A stretch of DNA of 64,000 nucleotides from Candidatus Multivoradales bacterium (GCA_965223325.1 CBDCWI010000002.1:3008001-3072000), one strand, 5' to 3'; positions 48,546 to 58,463 are shown, counted from the first letter of the stretch. Made by a program: numbers and translations. The notes: generated by a model not told the origin, from the sequence alone.

Positions 48546-49772
48546 CTACACAGCCTCGCCAACGTCGACGACGACGATCGTCCAGTCGTCCTCGACCGGG
48601 CAACCAAGCTCGGCGACGCGCCGCATCAAATCGCCGAGACCGGCTTCAGCGCTCTTCTGACTCACGCCCAGGGTTTCTTTGAGGAGAGCCTCGACTCGTT
48701 CGTAGCCAAGCACCTCACCTCTCTCATCGACCGCCTCCGGCAGCCCATCGGACATCAGCACCAGGCGATCGCCCGCGGCGAGTGCCCGGGACGTCGCGGC
48801 GTACTCGACGTCGGCTCGCAGTCCGAGAGGCAAGCGGGCACCCGATACCTCGACCACCTCGACGCTACCGTCGGCGCGCAGAAGCCAGGGGTCGGGCGAC
48901 CCGGCGTTGGCGACTTCGAGCAGCTGCTCGCCGACGTCAAAGCGCGCCAATGCGAGCGCAACGAACTCACGACCCAAGAGGTCACGAGCTAGCCGGCGGT
49001 TCATCTCACGAAGACTCTCGCCAACGCCAGTGTCACCGGCCAGGAACGGCAGCGTGGCCTTGACCGAAGCCATGATGAGACTCGCTGGCATGCCCTTTCC
49101 AGCCACATCGCCGACCGCGATCACCTGGCCGCCCTCGCCCGAGCCAAAGGTGTCCCAGAGGTCACCGGCGACTCCACGCGCGGCGACATGACGGGCGTGA
49201 ACCGTCCAGCCATCACCTTCCAGGCGATCGGGCGGCAAGAGGCGCCTTTGCAGCGAACGCGCCACTTCGAGCTCCTTCTCGGCAAACTCCCGCTCCTTGA
49301 GCTTCTCGATCGAGGCTTCGAGGTTGGTGCGCTGCCTCTCGACCAGCTCGATGGAAGAACCGACCAGGAGCGCCACCACGCCAAAGAAGACCAGCCGTTG
49401 AAGCGAAAGGGAGGCAGACTCGAAGACGACCAGCCCAAGAGCCGAAACCGCGAGGGTCCCCAGGGAATAGCCAACCGTCCCTCCGATTCCCAGCGACAGG
49501 AACCGTGCGAGGCGTGCCCAGCGTTGTGGACTGAGCAATCCGAAAACAAGCAGATCGACCGCTATGGCACCCCCAAAGGTGAAGACACCGATAAGCCCCC
49601 CGGCGACCAGCCCGGGCCAGTCTCGGAGCGTCAGCTCGCCAAAGATCGAAAGGGCCGAGAGCATCGCAATCATCACACCGACGAGAAACGAAACCCACGA
49701 CGCCCAGATCAACAGCCGCAGTGGCTGGCGAGTCGAAAGCAGGAAGGCCTCAGCGCTCCTGGGGGTCTTCAT
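48546..49772 (-). CDS. Membrane PP2C/SpoIIE-family phosphatase
   Basis: About four TM helices, ARSLQRRLLP, VAGDLWD, GDVAGKG, NAG, SDGLPE, DDWT. Confidence 0.92.
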   Translation of the reverse strand: MKTPRSAEAFLLSTRQPLRLLIWASWVSFLVGVMIAMLSALSIFGELTLRDWPGLVAGGLIGVFTFGGAIAVDLLVFGLLSPQRWARLARFLSLGIGGTVGYSLGTLAVSALGLVVFESASLSLQRLVFFGVVALLVGSSIELVERQRTNLEASIEKLKEREFAEKELEVARSLQRRLLPPDRLEGDGWTVHARHVAARGVAGDLWDTFGSGEGGQVIAVGDVAGKGMPASLIMASVKATLPFLAGDTGVGESLREMNRRLARDLLGREFVALALARFDVGEQLLEVANAGSPDPWLLRADGSVEVVEVSGARLPLGLRADVEYAATSRALAAGDRLVLMSDGLPEAVDERGEVLGYERVEALLKETLGVSQKSAEAGLGDLMRRVAELGCPVEDDWTIVVVDVGEAV

Positions 49773-49900
49773 GGGTACTCCAGGCTTAGACGTTTCACCT
49801 ATCCTACGGACATCCGCAAGGGAATGATCCTTCCCGGCCACCCGTTGCTATTCTCGGGCGCTCTCTGCCCCACCCGTCGAGGCCCCGAGACCTGATTCCA

Positions 49901-50560
49901 ATGGACGACTCCATCAGAAGCGGCGACGACCGCATCCCCGCCGGCCAGTACACCACCGACAAGTGGCCGGTGCTGACCTACGGCGACACCCCCGAGCTGG
50001 CTCCCGAGCAGTGCTCGCTGCGTATCTTCGGAGCAGTTGAGAGCGAGGTGTCTTTTGACTGGGCCACGCTGCAGGCAATGGATCGAGTCGCGGTCACCGC
50101 TGATTTCCACTGCGTGACGCGCTTTTCGACGCTCGACAATCCGTGGGGCGGCATCGCGACTCGTGACCTCCTGGCGCATGCAACGGTCGATCCCGAGGCC
50201 TCGCATGTGATGGTGCACTGCCACGGCGGCTACACCACCAATATGCCGCTCGAAGACTTTCTGTCCGAGCGGGCGCTGGTTGCCCTCGAATGGGCCGGCA
50301 AGCCGCTCGACACCGACCACGGCGGTCCCCTTCGCCTGGTGATCCCCCACCTCTACGCCTGGAAGAGTGCCAAGTGGCTCGAAGCCATAGAGGTCCTGCA
50401 CGAAGACAAGCGCGGCTTCTGGGAAGAGAACGGGTACCACACCTACGGTGACCCGTGGCGCGAGCAGCGCTTCAGCAGCCAGGAAACCAAGGCCGCGCAC
50501 GAGGTCAGAAGGCGCGCCAAGGAACTCGGTATCCTTCCCGGAAAACCGGCCGGTGGCTGA
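49901..50560 (+). CDS. Sulfite oxidase-like molybdopterin oxidoreductase (YuiH-like)
   Basis: PAGQ...WPVL, DFHCVT, HGGPLRL, YAWKSAKW, GFWEENGYH. Confidence 0.92.
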   Translation: MDDSIRSGDDRIPAGQYTTDKWPVLTYGDTPELAPEQCSLRIFGAVESEVSFDWATLQAMDRVAVTADFHCVTRFSTLDNPWGGIATRDLLAHATVDPEASHVMVHCHGGYTTNMPLEDFLSERALVALEWAGKPLDTDHGGPLRLVIPHLYAWKSAKWLEAIEVLHEDKRGFWEENGYHTYGDPWREQRFSSQETKAAHEVRRRAKELGILPGKPAGG

Positions 50561-50608
50561 AGCATCAACAACCGTCCCGATCGCAAACACGTAACGGAGA
50601 CCTTTTCC

Positions 50609-51100
50609 ATGAAGAAGCCCATTGTTCTACTCCTCGCCGTTCCCCTCCTGGCCTTCGCGGTGACCCTCGGGGTCTCTGCGGTCACCGCAAACAGCGGCAC
50701 CGCCCCGGCCGCAGTCGCCACCTCCGACACCGATCCTGAAGTCGAGAAGCTCTCCCGTCAGTACATTTCATGGTACGAGGAGATCGAGCTCACCCCCGAA
50801 CAGGAGGAGATCAAGCGGGCGGCCCTCGAGCCGCTGCCGGCTCCCTGCTGCTCCGACAACTCGGCCTACACCTGCTGCTGCCCGTGCAACCTCTCGCGCG
50901 CGCTCTGGGGTATGACCGCACACATGATCGCTAAAGAAGGAAAGAACGCCGAAGAAGTCCAGGATGCTGCCAAGAAGTGGATCGCCCGCATCAACCCCGG
51001 TCCCTCCTCTGGAGACGCCTGCTACACCGGGCGCTGTGGTCTTCCCTACAGCAAGGACGGCTGCGGCGGCATGAACCCGGCGGCGCAGAACTACGGCTAG
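50609..51100 (+). CDS. Exported cysteine-rich hypothetical protein (APCC...CCCPC)
   Basis: Signal peptide MKKPIVLLLAVPLLAFA; GGAG RBS; 9 Cys; high GC3. Confidence 0.8.
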   Translation: MKKPIVLLLAVPLLAFAVTLGVSAVTANSGTAPAAVATSDTDPEVEKLSRQYISWYEEIELTPEQEEIKRAALEPLPAPCCSDNSAYTCCCPCNLSRALWGMTAHMIAKEGKNAEEVQDAAKKWIARINPGPSSGDACYTGRCGLPYSKDGCGGMNPAAQNYG

Positions 51101-51107
51101 ATCCGAA

Positions 51108-51132
51108 GGGGTCGCTGGTTTGCCGGCGACCC
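51108..51132. terminator. Hairpin after the 50609 gene
   Basis: GGGTCGCTGG-TTTG-CCGGCGACCC; no clear U-tract. Confidence 0.4.
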
Positions 51133-51258
51133 AGAGCTGCTGGCTGGGACCGGCTCTTCAGAGCGAAAGCATCCCCAGCGTCAGGACGGCTCCCTCGCCG
51201 CGGTCGCACAGGCGGGTGGCCTACGACCAACGACCTTTGACCGCCGCCCGAGGACGGT

Positions 51259-54200
51259 TCAGACTTCTTCTCGCGCCAGCGCGCGGCGCTGGAACACCTC
51301 GAGCACTTCCTTGTTGCCGCGCTTCTGGGCGAGGAAGAGCGCGGTGACACCAGCGCGATTGCGAAGGCCGAGGTCGAGATCTGGGCGATCAAAGAGGAGC
51401 TCGAGAGCCTGGACGGAGCCGCTGCTCGCGAGCTTGTGTAGGACCGCCCGCCCCTCCTGGTCGGTGATGTTGATGTCGAGGTCCGGACGCTCGAGGAGCG
51501 CCGCGATCGCCTTCAGGCGACCGGTTTCAACCGCCACGTGAAGTGCAGTTCGTCCTTCCTTGTCGACCTGGTCAACGAGCAGATCTCGGCGAGCGAGCAG
51601 AAAACGCAAGACGTCCGGATGGCCTAGCGCCGCGGCGACGGCTAACGGTGTTTCGCCAAAGTCGTTTTGCAGGTTGACGTCTGTTTCGGGGTGTTCGAGT
51701 GCGGCTTCGAGTATCGGCAAGTGGCCGGACCGGACGGCGGCATGCAGGACTTCTTGCCGGTACTTGCCAGAAGCCGAAAGATCGACGTCTGGGTGCTCGA
51801 GCAGCACACAAGCAACCTCGTAGCGATGGCGCCGGAAGGCTACCGACAACGGCGAGCGGCCGGATGCATCCGATGCGTTGACGTCCGTGCCCGGCAACGA
51901 CACGAGGTGGATCGCCGCCTCAGCATGACCCTTGTCGCTCACCAGATGGAGAGCCGTGTCTCCGTTGTTGTCCCGCAGGTTGAGTTCGAGATCCGCCCGC
52001 CGAGTGAGGGCCTCGAGAACACCAGGGTGGCCGATATTCGCCGCCCAGTGCAAAGGCGCCCGCCCTTCATTGTCGGTCGCATTCACTTCCAGGTCAGCCC
52101 GCTCGGCCAGCTTCTCGACGATCGCACGGTGGCCCTCGCGCACCGCCCAGTGCAGCGCCGTTGCGCCGTGGTTGTCGCGCCGGTTCAGGTCGAAATCGTC
52201 GCGGTGGAGAATCGCTTCGAGGATCCCGACGTGGGCCTTCATGATGGCTAGCTTCAGAAGACCCTGCGAGGCATTGTCGACTGCGTCGAGATCGAGATCA
52301 GCGTGCTGGAGGAGTGCCTCGAGGACTTCGAACTGGCCCCTACGAATGGCGATCGAAAGCGGTGTCTCGCCCGTCTGGCTGGTGACGTTGACATCGATGC
52401 CGGGGCTCGCGACCAGCCTCTGCACAATCTCGGCCTTGCCACTCTCGACGGCGGCATGCAGTGCGGTCCGGGCGTAGTTGTCGCGGAGGTTGACCTCGAG
52501 CGCAGGTTGGGCGAGTAGAAGGTCGACCAGTGCCGGTAGCCCCTTCTGCACGGCCCAATGTAAAACGCCGTTGCCCTGGGCGTCGCGGCAGTTGATCTCG
52601 AGGCGCGGATGGGCGAGGAACAGACGCAGGACATCGAGACGACCCTGGAGGACGGCATGAACAACGAGCGGCATGCCGCTGTTGTCGCTTCTGTTGACCT
52701 CTGTGTCCTCCCTTTTCAGAAGCGCACTGGTCATCGCCACGTTGCCCAACTGAACCGTCGACTCCAATGGTGTCTGCCCGCTGGCCGATGGCGCCTCGAC
52801 CTCGAGCTCTTCTACCCTCAGTAGGCGTTCGAATACCAGAGGGTTCCCAGCCGCTATGGCGTGATGGATCGGTGCCTCACCCGCGCAGTCACGCGCGTTG
52901 ACCTGGTCCGGTGCCAGGCGGAGAAGAAGATCGACGAGCGCCAGTTGGCGACTCGCAATCGCCAGCTGAAGCGCCTGGCGACCGGCGTTGTCTGGGGTAT
53001 TGAGGTCGAGGCGCTCATCACGGGCGAGCATCCCGACGATCGGAACAACCCCCGTCTGTAGTGCCTCATGCCAGACCGGAGCGCCACGAGCATCGATCAC
53101 CCCGAGATCGAGGTCCGGATGAGTGAGCAGCAGCTGAACGAGTTGCGGCTTCTTGGAGCGAATGGCGAGCTCGAGCGGCCTCCTCTGGTCCCAGTCGGCG
53201 AGGTTGGGATCGATCTCGGGCCGCGCCAGGAGCAGTGGCAGAAGCCGAGACAGCTCCTTTCGAAGCGCAATGTGAAGCATCGACCGGCCCGAGGCGTCGA
53301 CCCCCGAGGCGTCGTAGTTCTCCTTTTCGAGCAGCTCGAGTGCCAGTTCATGGTCCCCACGCTCCATCGCGTCTTGTAGGAGTGAGGTTCCGTCGCTGGT
53401 CTGGTCCAGGTTCTTTGAATCTTCACGTTCCAAAAGCACGTCGAGGAACTCGGGGCACCAGGCCGCGGCCTGTTCCATGACTGTTTCCCCGTTGATTGAG
53501 ATCGTCAGATCGAGATCAGGGCGTTCCGCCAGAGCCCGGAGGATCTCGGGGCTCGGCTTGCTGGGCAGGAACGCCAGCTCGAGAGCCGAACGATCCTGGT
53601 CGTCGACTGCGTTGACGTCGACGTCGGGGTGCGCCAGCAGGAGCCTTACGTCTTCAACGCTCTTCCTCACCACCGCCCGATGAAGAACCGTCTGGTCGTT
53701 GCGGCGCGCTTCGCGAACGTTGACATCGAGACCCGTCGCCCCGAGTAACGCCGCTTTGGCTTGTTCGGGCCACTTCTGTTTCTCGAACACGCGATGGATC
53801 ACGAAGTCGCCGCGCTCGTTGGCAACGTTCCACGACACATCCTGGCGCTTTGTGAGCGCCTCGAGCACCTCAGGCTGCACCCTCGAGGTCTGGGTCACCC
53901 GAAGCGCTGGAGTGTTGCCGTTGCAATCGACCGGGTTGATGTCGAGATCAGGCATTGCCGCGACGAGCAGCTTCTCTTCTAGTAGCAACTCCTGAGGCTG
54001 GCCGAACAAACAATGCAAAGCGGTTTCGCCGCAATCGTCCTCGGCCAGAAGATCGCAGTCCGGGTGCTCGAGGACCTGGCGAACGAACGAGCCGTCGCGA
54101 GAAGCCGTGCGAATGGCTCGATGAAGTGCTGTTCCCCCTCGCTTGGCCGCGAGGTTCACGTCGAGATCCGCATCGGCGAGCAACCTGTCGACCAGGTCGC

Positions 54201-54582
54201 CGGTTCGCCAGTCGATCGCCTTCATCAGCAGCGTCTCGCCGCTCTCTCCCTGGGCATTGATGTCGACAGAAGGAAGGTCGAGCAGCAGGTGGGCGACTTT
54301 GCTTCGGCTCTCGGCACTTCCCGAACGCCACTCGAGCGCTGTCACTGCCAGGTCTGGCTCCACCGCCGAACCGGCGGCTTCGCTAAGCGCTCGCACGACG
54401 ACGTCCGACGACATGGCCACGGCCAGGTAGAGCAGCGATCTCTTCTGGCCGTGGACATCGACCGCAACGTCCAGGTCACCGGCGGCCTCGATGGTCGCCA
54501 TGACGTAGTCGAGATCGGAGTCTCGAATGGCGGCGATGAGCTTCTCGGTCGCCGAGTCGGATTGGGTTGCGGTAGCACTCAT
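51259..54582 (-). CDS. Large ankyrin-repeat protein (~1107 aa, about 30 repeats)
   Basis: Recurring G-x-T-A/P-L-H-x-A...LL-x-x-P-x-x-D-V-N units of about 34 aa over almost the whole length; no signal peptide. Confidence 0.92.
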   Translation of the reverse strand: MSATATQSDSATEKLIAAIRDSDLDYVMATIEAAGDLDVAVDVHGQKRSLLYLAVAMSSDVVVRALSEAAGSAVEPDLAVTALEWRSGSAESRSKVAHLLLDLPSVDINAQGESGETLLMKAIDWRTGDLVDRLLADADLDVNLAAKRGGTALHRAIRTASRDGSFVRQVLEHPDCDLLAEDDCGETALHCLFGQPQELLLEEKLLVAAMPDLDINPVDCNGNTPALRVTQTSRVQPEVLEALTKRQDVSWNVANERGDFVIHRVFEKQKWPEQAKAALLGATGLDVNVREARRNDQTVLHRAVVRKSVEDVRLLLAHPDVDVNAVDDQDRSALELAFLPSKPSPEILRALAERPDLDLTISINGETVMEQAAAWCPEFLDVLLEREDSKNLDQTSDGTSLLQDAMERGDHELALELLEKENYDASGVDASGRSMLHIALRKELSRLLPLLLARPEIDPNLADWDQRRPLELAIRSKKPQLVQLLLTHPDLDLGVIDARGAPVWHEALQTGVVPIVGMLARDERLDLNTPDNAGRQALQLAIASRQLALVDLLLRLAPDQVNARDCAGEAPIHHAIAAGNPLVFERLLRVEELEVEAPSASGQTPLESTVQLGNVAMTSALLKREDTEVNRSDNSGMPLVVHAVLQGRLDVLRLFLAHPRLEINCRDAQGNGVLHWAVQKGLPALVDLLLAQPALEVNLRDNYARTALHAAVESGKAEIVQRLVASPGIDVNVTSQTGETPLSIAIRRGQFEVLEALLQHADLDLDAVDNASQGLLKLAIMKAHVGILEAILHRDDFDLNRRDNHGATALHWAVREGHRAIVEKLAERADLEVNATDNEGRAPLHWAANIGHPGVLEALTRRADLELNLRDNNGDTALHLVSDKGHAEAAIHLVSLPGTDVNASDASGRSPLSVAFRRHRYEVACVLLEHPDVDLSASGKYRQEVLHAAVRSGHLPILEAALEHPETDVNLQNDFGETPLAVAAALGHPDVLRFLLARRDLLVDQVDKEGRTALHVAVETGRLKAIAALLERPDLDINITDQEGRAVLHKLASSGSVQALELLFDRPDLDLGLRNRAGVTALFLAQKRGNKEVLEVFQRRALAREEV

Positions 54583-54602
54583 CGCCGTGGGCCAAGGGTG
54601 AA

Positions 54603-55079
54603 CTAGAAGCTCTGGTACGGAGCGCTCTGGACTTCGAACGGAAACGGAGCGACACCCGGTGGTTGTCCAAGTCCCGAGTCGACGGCGAGCTTGCGCATTG
54701 CAATCATCTCGACAATGCGATCGAAGATGGCGCAGAAGTCGAGCCACTCGGCCATCGACTGGTTGAAGGCCCGGTAGCACTCGCGCGCTGCAGCGAGATC
54801 GACATCGTCGCTGTTGGCACGCCGATCCCGCTCCTGGCGCAGGCGGAAGAAAAAGGACGTTTCGGGGACCCCGCCGAACCCTCGGTCGCAGTTCACCGTC
54901 TCGACCTTGGCTTCCCAGTAGGGCGAGTTCCAGTCGGCGTAGAGGTCGCGCAGCAGTTCATCCTTGAGGTCCACGAGTTCTGCATTAGAACCGCTCGTGG
55001 GCTGCTTGACGAGACGGCGGAGCGCACCGTAGCGCTCGTTGAAGTCCCGCACCGAAAGAACTGGCGTGGCGTTTTCCAT
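54603..55079 (-). CDS. Hypothetical protein (158 aa)
   Basis: High-GC3 ORF tightly packed between the 55628 gene and the ankyrin gene. Confidence 0.75.
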   Translation of the reverse strand: MENATPVLSVRDFNERYGALRRLVKQPTSGSNAELVDLKDELLRDLYADWNSPYWEAKVETVNCDRGFGGVPETSFFFRLRQERDRRANSDDVDLAAARECYRAFNQSMAEWLDFCAIFDRIVEMIAMRKLAVDSGLGQPPGVAPFPFEVQSAPYQSF

Positions 55080-55085
55080 GACCAG

Positions 55086-55628
55086 TCAGGCCGCGGTGCG
55101 ATCGAAGCCGGTTTCTTCCTTGGCGTCCCACAGGCTAGCCTCGTGGAGGCGGAAAGTACCGCTCTGGTCGATCACCAGTGTGAAGTCGATGCCCGGGTTC
55201 GCGATCCTCGCGCCGGCTTCGCGGTGGAGCGAGATGTAGCCCTTCAACTGGGTCCACTTGCCTTCGGCGCCGATGAGGTCGGAAAGACCGAAGGTCGCGG
55301 CAGCCGTGTTCTCGCGCACAAACTCCCAGTAGGGCGACGGCTGGAGCTCGCCGAGCTCAGTAAGGCCTCTGAGAACCCGGAAGCTCTGGTAGATGAGGCC
55401 CTGTTTGCCTTCCATGTACTGCAGCTGCTTGTCGCGCGGAAAGAAGGTCGCATATGCGTCCTCGTCGCCAGCCGCCACCGCTCCTAGAACCTGGTCGAGC
55501 AGGCCCTTGACCTGGTCGTTGTAGAAAGCCTGGTTGTCCGGAAGCGTGCCGGCTGCCGCCTTCTCGGCAACCTCCTCGTTCTGGAGGATGTCGAAGTTGG
55601 TCTTGATGGTCTTCGTGCGCTTGCTCAT
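55086..55628 (-). CDS. Hypothetical protein (180 aa), possibly NTF2-like fold
   Basis: AGAGG RBS before ATG 55628; helix LLDQVLGAVAAGDEDAYATFF and terminal hairpin FTLVIDQSGTFRL. Confidence 0.75.
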   Translation of the reverse strand: MSKRTKTIKTNFDILQNEEVAEKAAAGTLPDNQAFYNDQVKGLLDQVLGAVAAGDEDAYATFFPRDKQLQYMEGKQGLIYQSFRVLRGLTELGELQPSPYWEFVRENTAAATFGLSDLIGAEGKWTQLKGYISLHREAGARIANPGIDFTLVIDQSGTFRLHEASLWDAKEETGFDRTAA

Positions 55629-55859
55629 GATCGTTCCTCTGGGCGGGGAATGGAAGTGATGGGATCGCGCAGGTGGTGCTTCCACCGGCGTCTCATCTCC
55701 ACAGGAGTCCAGAGGACGGTCCTTTCCCAAGGAGGCAGCCTTCGGAGTAGGCCCGGAGGAGGCCCGAACGAGCAACGTGCCCGGCATGACGGTAGACAGC
55801 GGTCCCCAGCCCGGCCAACGACCGGGGCGGCGCCGGGCGGATCACAGCGCCATACGAGG

Positions 55860-58355
55860 TCAGCGCACGCGGTCGCTCACTCCTCGCACGATCTCGACCA
55901 GTGCTTCGAGCCGCGCGCGATCGGCACGCCGGGCCTGTGGACTCAGAGTCGCCAGTTCGTCTGCCAATCCAGCGAGCTGCGAAGCCGTCTCCCCACCGTC
56001 CTTTCTGCCGCCGCGAAGCATCTTCTCGGCCGCATCGAGGGCGGCCCTCAAGGGGCGGGCGCTTCCAGGTGCAAGGCCTTCGGCGCGGTCGAGCTGATCG
56101 AGATAGGCGTGCGCCACGACGGGTACAGCCGGCCACTCGATCATCTTCTGCTGCTGCGGATTGAAAACCTCTTGTGTAACCAGCGACGCCGCGTCGATCT
56201 CGTTTTGCGTCAGGTACTCGCTGGGCACGAGTTTCAGGACGTCGAGACCGCGCGCGATCTCGGTGGCGTAGATGTGTCCGCCGTACCAGTAGGCCGACCA
56301 GTGCCCTCCCATCATCAGCTGCGTCGAGTCGATCGGCCCGCGGTCGAAGAACGCGATCTCTGTCGGGTTCGACGCATCGGTGAAGTCGAACACCGAGACC
56401 CCACCCTGATACCAAGCTTGGACCATGATGTCGCGGCCGGGAACCGGAATGAGCGAACCGTTGTGCGCCACGCAATTCTCGTTCTCCGTCTGGGGCGCCG
56501 GTATCTTGAAATAGCCGCCGAACTCGAGCTTGCCGTCGACTACTTCGAAAATCGCATCGGCACCCCAGTGCCGCGGATCAGACGCACGGCAGCGCGGTCG
56601 CATACCCCCACCCCACTCGTCGGTGAAGATGACCTTGGTGCCGTCGTTGTTGAAGGTCGCCGAGTGCCAGTAGGCGAACCCGGGATCGACCACCTGGTGC
56701 AGTCGCACCGGGTTCACCGGATCCGAAATGTCGAGAAGGATGCCGTTGCCCGAGCACGCTCCGGCTGCCAGACCGAGCTCTTCGAAGACCGTGATGTCAT
56801 GGCACTGGTTGGTGACCGAGGTCTTCTGCGTTCCTCGCCCATGGTTGCCGCCCTCCCAGAGACCCGCGATCCTGCCCGACTCGGGATCTCTGAAGATCCG
56901 CGGCCGGTTGACCACTCGCGCCCCTTCCGGGTTGGCGAGTGGAATCTGAATCACATCAATACTGAACAACGCGGTCTCAGGATCTTCGCCTGGTGGCGCG
57001 TCGGAGCAGCCCTCGAGCTCGTCGCCGGAGCGCACGGAACTGGTGCCCGATCCGAAGACATAGATGTTGCCGTCGTCGTCCGGGTCGGTGACGACGGTGT
57101 GGGTGTGCGAACCGCGACAGGTCTGCACGGCAGCCACCTGCTGTGGCACCGCCAGGTCACTGATGTCGAAGATTCGGATGCCGCGGAAACGCTCCGCACT
57201 GACCGGGTTCGCAACCCCCTGCAGCCCACAGTCGAGGCGCCCACGGGTCTGCTCGACCGACATGATCAACAAGTTGCCCACCACCGAGACGTCGCCCTGG
57301 CCACCCGGGCAGACGACCGACCCAACCAGCTGCGGAGATGTCGGGTCTTCGACGTTATAGGTGTTGAAGCCGTGGAAGTTGCCCTCGAAGAGGACGTCGC
57401 GAGCGAAGGCAATGTCGGAGTTGGCGAAGTTCAAGATCGCAGCGCCGCGCGCGGCCGGATTCTCTCGCTTCGCATCTTCGGCCTCCTCCTCGCCGTCTCC
57501 CTCGGTGTCGTCGCCCGCGTCGTCTGCTTCGTCACCCTCTTCTTCCTCGCCGTCTTCGTCCTCCTGTTCCGGAAGTGGAATGGGCACTCCCTCGGGTGCG
57601 TCGGGGTTGAAGAAGCCGGTTGGCTTGGGCAGTGAAGCGACCAGTTCGAGGTGCATCGCCGCCTCCCCCGCATCGCGGAACCCGGCCTTCAGATGCACCC
57701 GCGGGTCTTCCGAGAGGCCCGCCAGCATGTTCGCCATGCGTTCGATCTCGGCGGTCTGGTCGGCCACGATGTCGGAGGTGAAGCCAAACACGGTTGACTC
57801 CTGTGCGGCTCCTGGAGTCGACAAGAGGTCTTCGACCATGACCAGAGCTCCCTGATGATGGGCGATCATGAGCTCGAGAAACAGTCGATCGAAGGCCAGC
57901 GCCTCGGCCTCTTCGAGCGAGCGCATCTCCTCACGCGAGAGCATGCCCGGCATCAGGTCGTCACCGTGCATGTGGTGATGCGCCTCGGCATCGGGAACTT
58001 CCTGGCCGTTCGAACGCAGCCAGTCCTGCATCATCTTGATCTCGTCTTCTTGCGAGAGGTCAATGCGCTTCGCCAGCTCTCGCATCACGGGTCGCTCGCT
58101 GCGGGTCTCGAGCAGCTCGCACATCGTCAGTGCCTGCGCATGGTGCGCGATCATGCCCTGCATGAATTCGACGTCGGCCTCGGTGAACAGAATGCCGGCC
58201 AGGTCTGAAGCCTCGGCCGCTGTGATCACCCGACTGGGCTCGCCGGGCGCACCGGGTTGAATGATCTTGGGAGGCGCTTGGGCAAACGTCGCGATGGGTA
58301 GGGCTGCGAGCAATGTCGCGGCGATAGTGGCTAGCGAAGACTTCGATCGATTCAC
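55860..58355 (-). CDS. Exported DUF305 + LVIVD-repeat fusion protein
   Basis: GGAGG RBS; DUF305 motifs FMQGMIAHHAQA, SQEDEI, FLELMIAHHQGA; LVIVD-type CPGGQGDVSV, QTCRGSHTHT, CHDITV, YWHSATF, NCVAHNG. Confidence 0.9.
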   Translation of the reverse strand: MNRSKSSLATIAATLLAALPIATFAQAPPKIIQPGAPGEPSRVITAAEASDLAGILFTEADVEFMQGMIAHHAQALTMCELLETRSERPVMRELAKRIDLSQEDEIKMMQDWLRSNGQEVPDAEAHHHMHGDDLMPGMLSREEMRSLEEAEALAFDRLFLELMIAHHQGALVMVEDLLSTPGAAQESTVFGFTSDIVADQTAEIERMANMLAGLSEDPRVHLKAGFRDAGEAAMHLELVASLPKPTGFFNPDAPEGVPIPLPEQEDEDGEEEEGDEADDAGDDTEGDGEEEAEDAKRENPAARGAAILNFANSDIAFARDVLFEGNFHGFNTYNVEDPTSPQLVGSVVCPGGQGDVSVVGNLLIMSVEQTRGRLDCGLQGVANPVSAERFRGIRIFDISDLAVPQQVAAVQTCRGSHTHTVVTDPDDDGNIYVFGSGTSSVRSGDELEGCSDAPPGEDPETALFSIDVIQIPLANPEGARVVNRPRIFRDPESGRIAGLWEGGNHGRGTQKTSVTNQCHDITVFEELGLAAGACSGNGILLDISDPVNPVRLHQVVDPGFAYWHSATFNNDGTKVIFTDEWGGGMRPRCRASDPRHWGADAIFEVVDGKLEFGGYFKIPAPQTENENCVAHNGSLIPVPGRDIMVQAWYQGGVSVFDFTDASNPTEIAFFDRGPIDSTQLMMGGHWSAYWYGGHIYATEIARGLDVLKLVPSEYLTQNEIDAASLVTQEVFNPQQQKMIEWPAVPVVAHAYLDQLDRAEGLAPGSARPLRAALDAAEKMLRGGRKDGGETASQLAGLADELATLSPQARRADRARLEALVEIVRGVSDRVR

Positions 58356-58463
58356 GAAACGACCTCCAAGGTCTGTTTGTTCTGGCGTATCACTTGTTCT
58401 GGCAGATGAGAAGGTTCGTCGCCACTCTCTCACCTTCCGTCATCGACAGCTGCCAGCGGGGCT

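Noticed and set aside
55817-55844. ECF-type promoter (TGATCC-N18-CGTT) for the ankyrin operon
   Set aside because: Single instance with uncertain consensus and spacing; cannot be distinguished from chance.
55650-57635. Long antisense ORFs (e.g. 55650-57635, 58700-60049, 5352-6572, 22199-23422)
   Set aside because: Opposite well-supported genes; expected from GC-rich codon usage.
58377-58403. Direct repeat TTGTTCTGGC x2 upstream of the DUF305 gene
   Set aside because: Only two 10-bp copies and no cognate regulator nearby.
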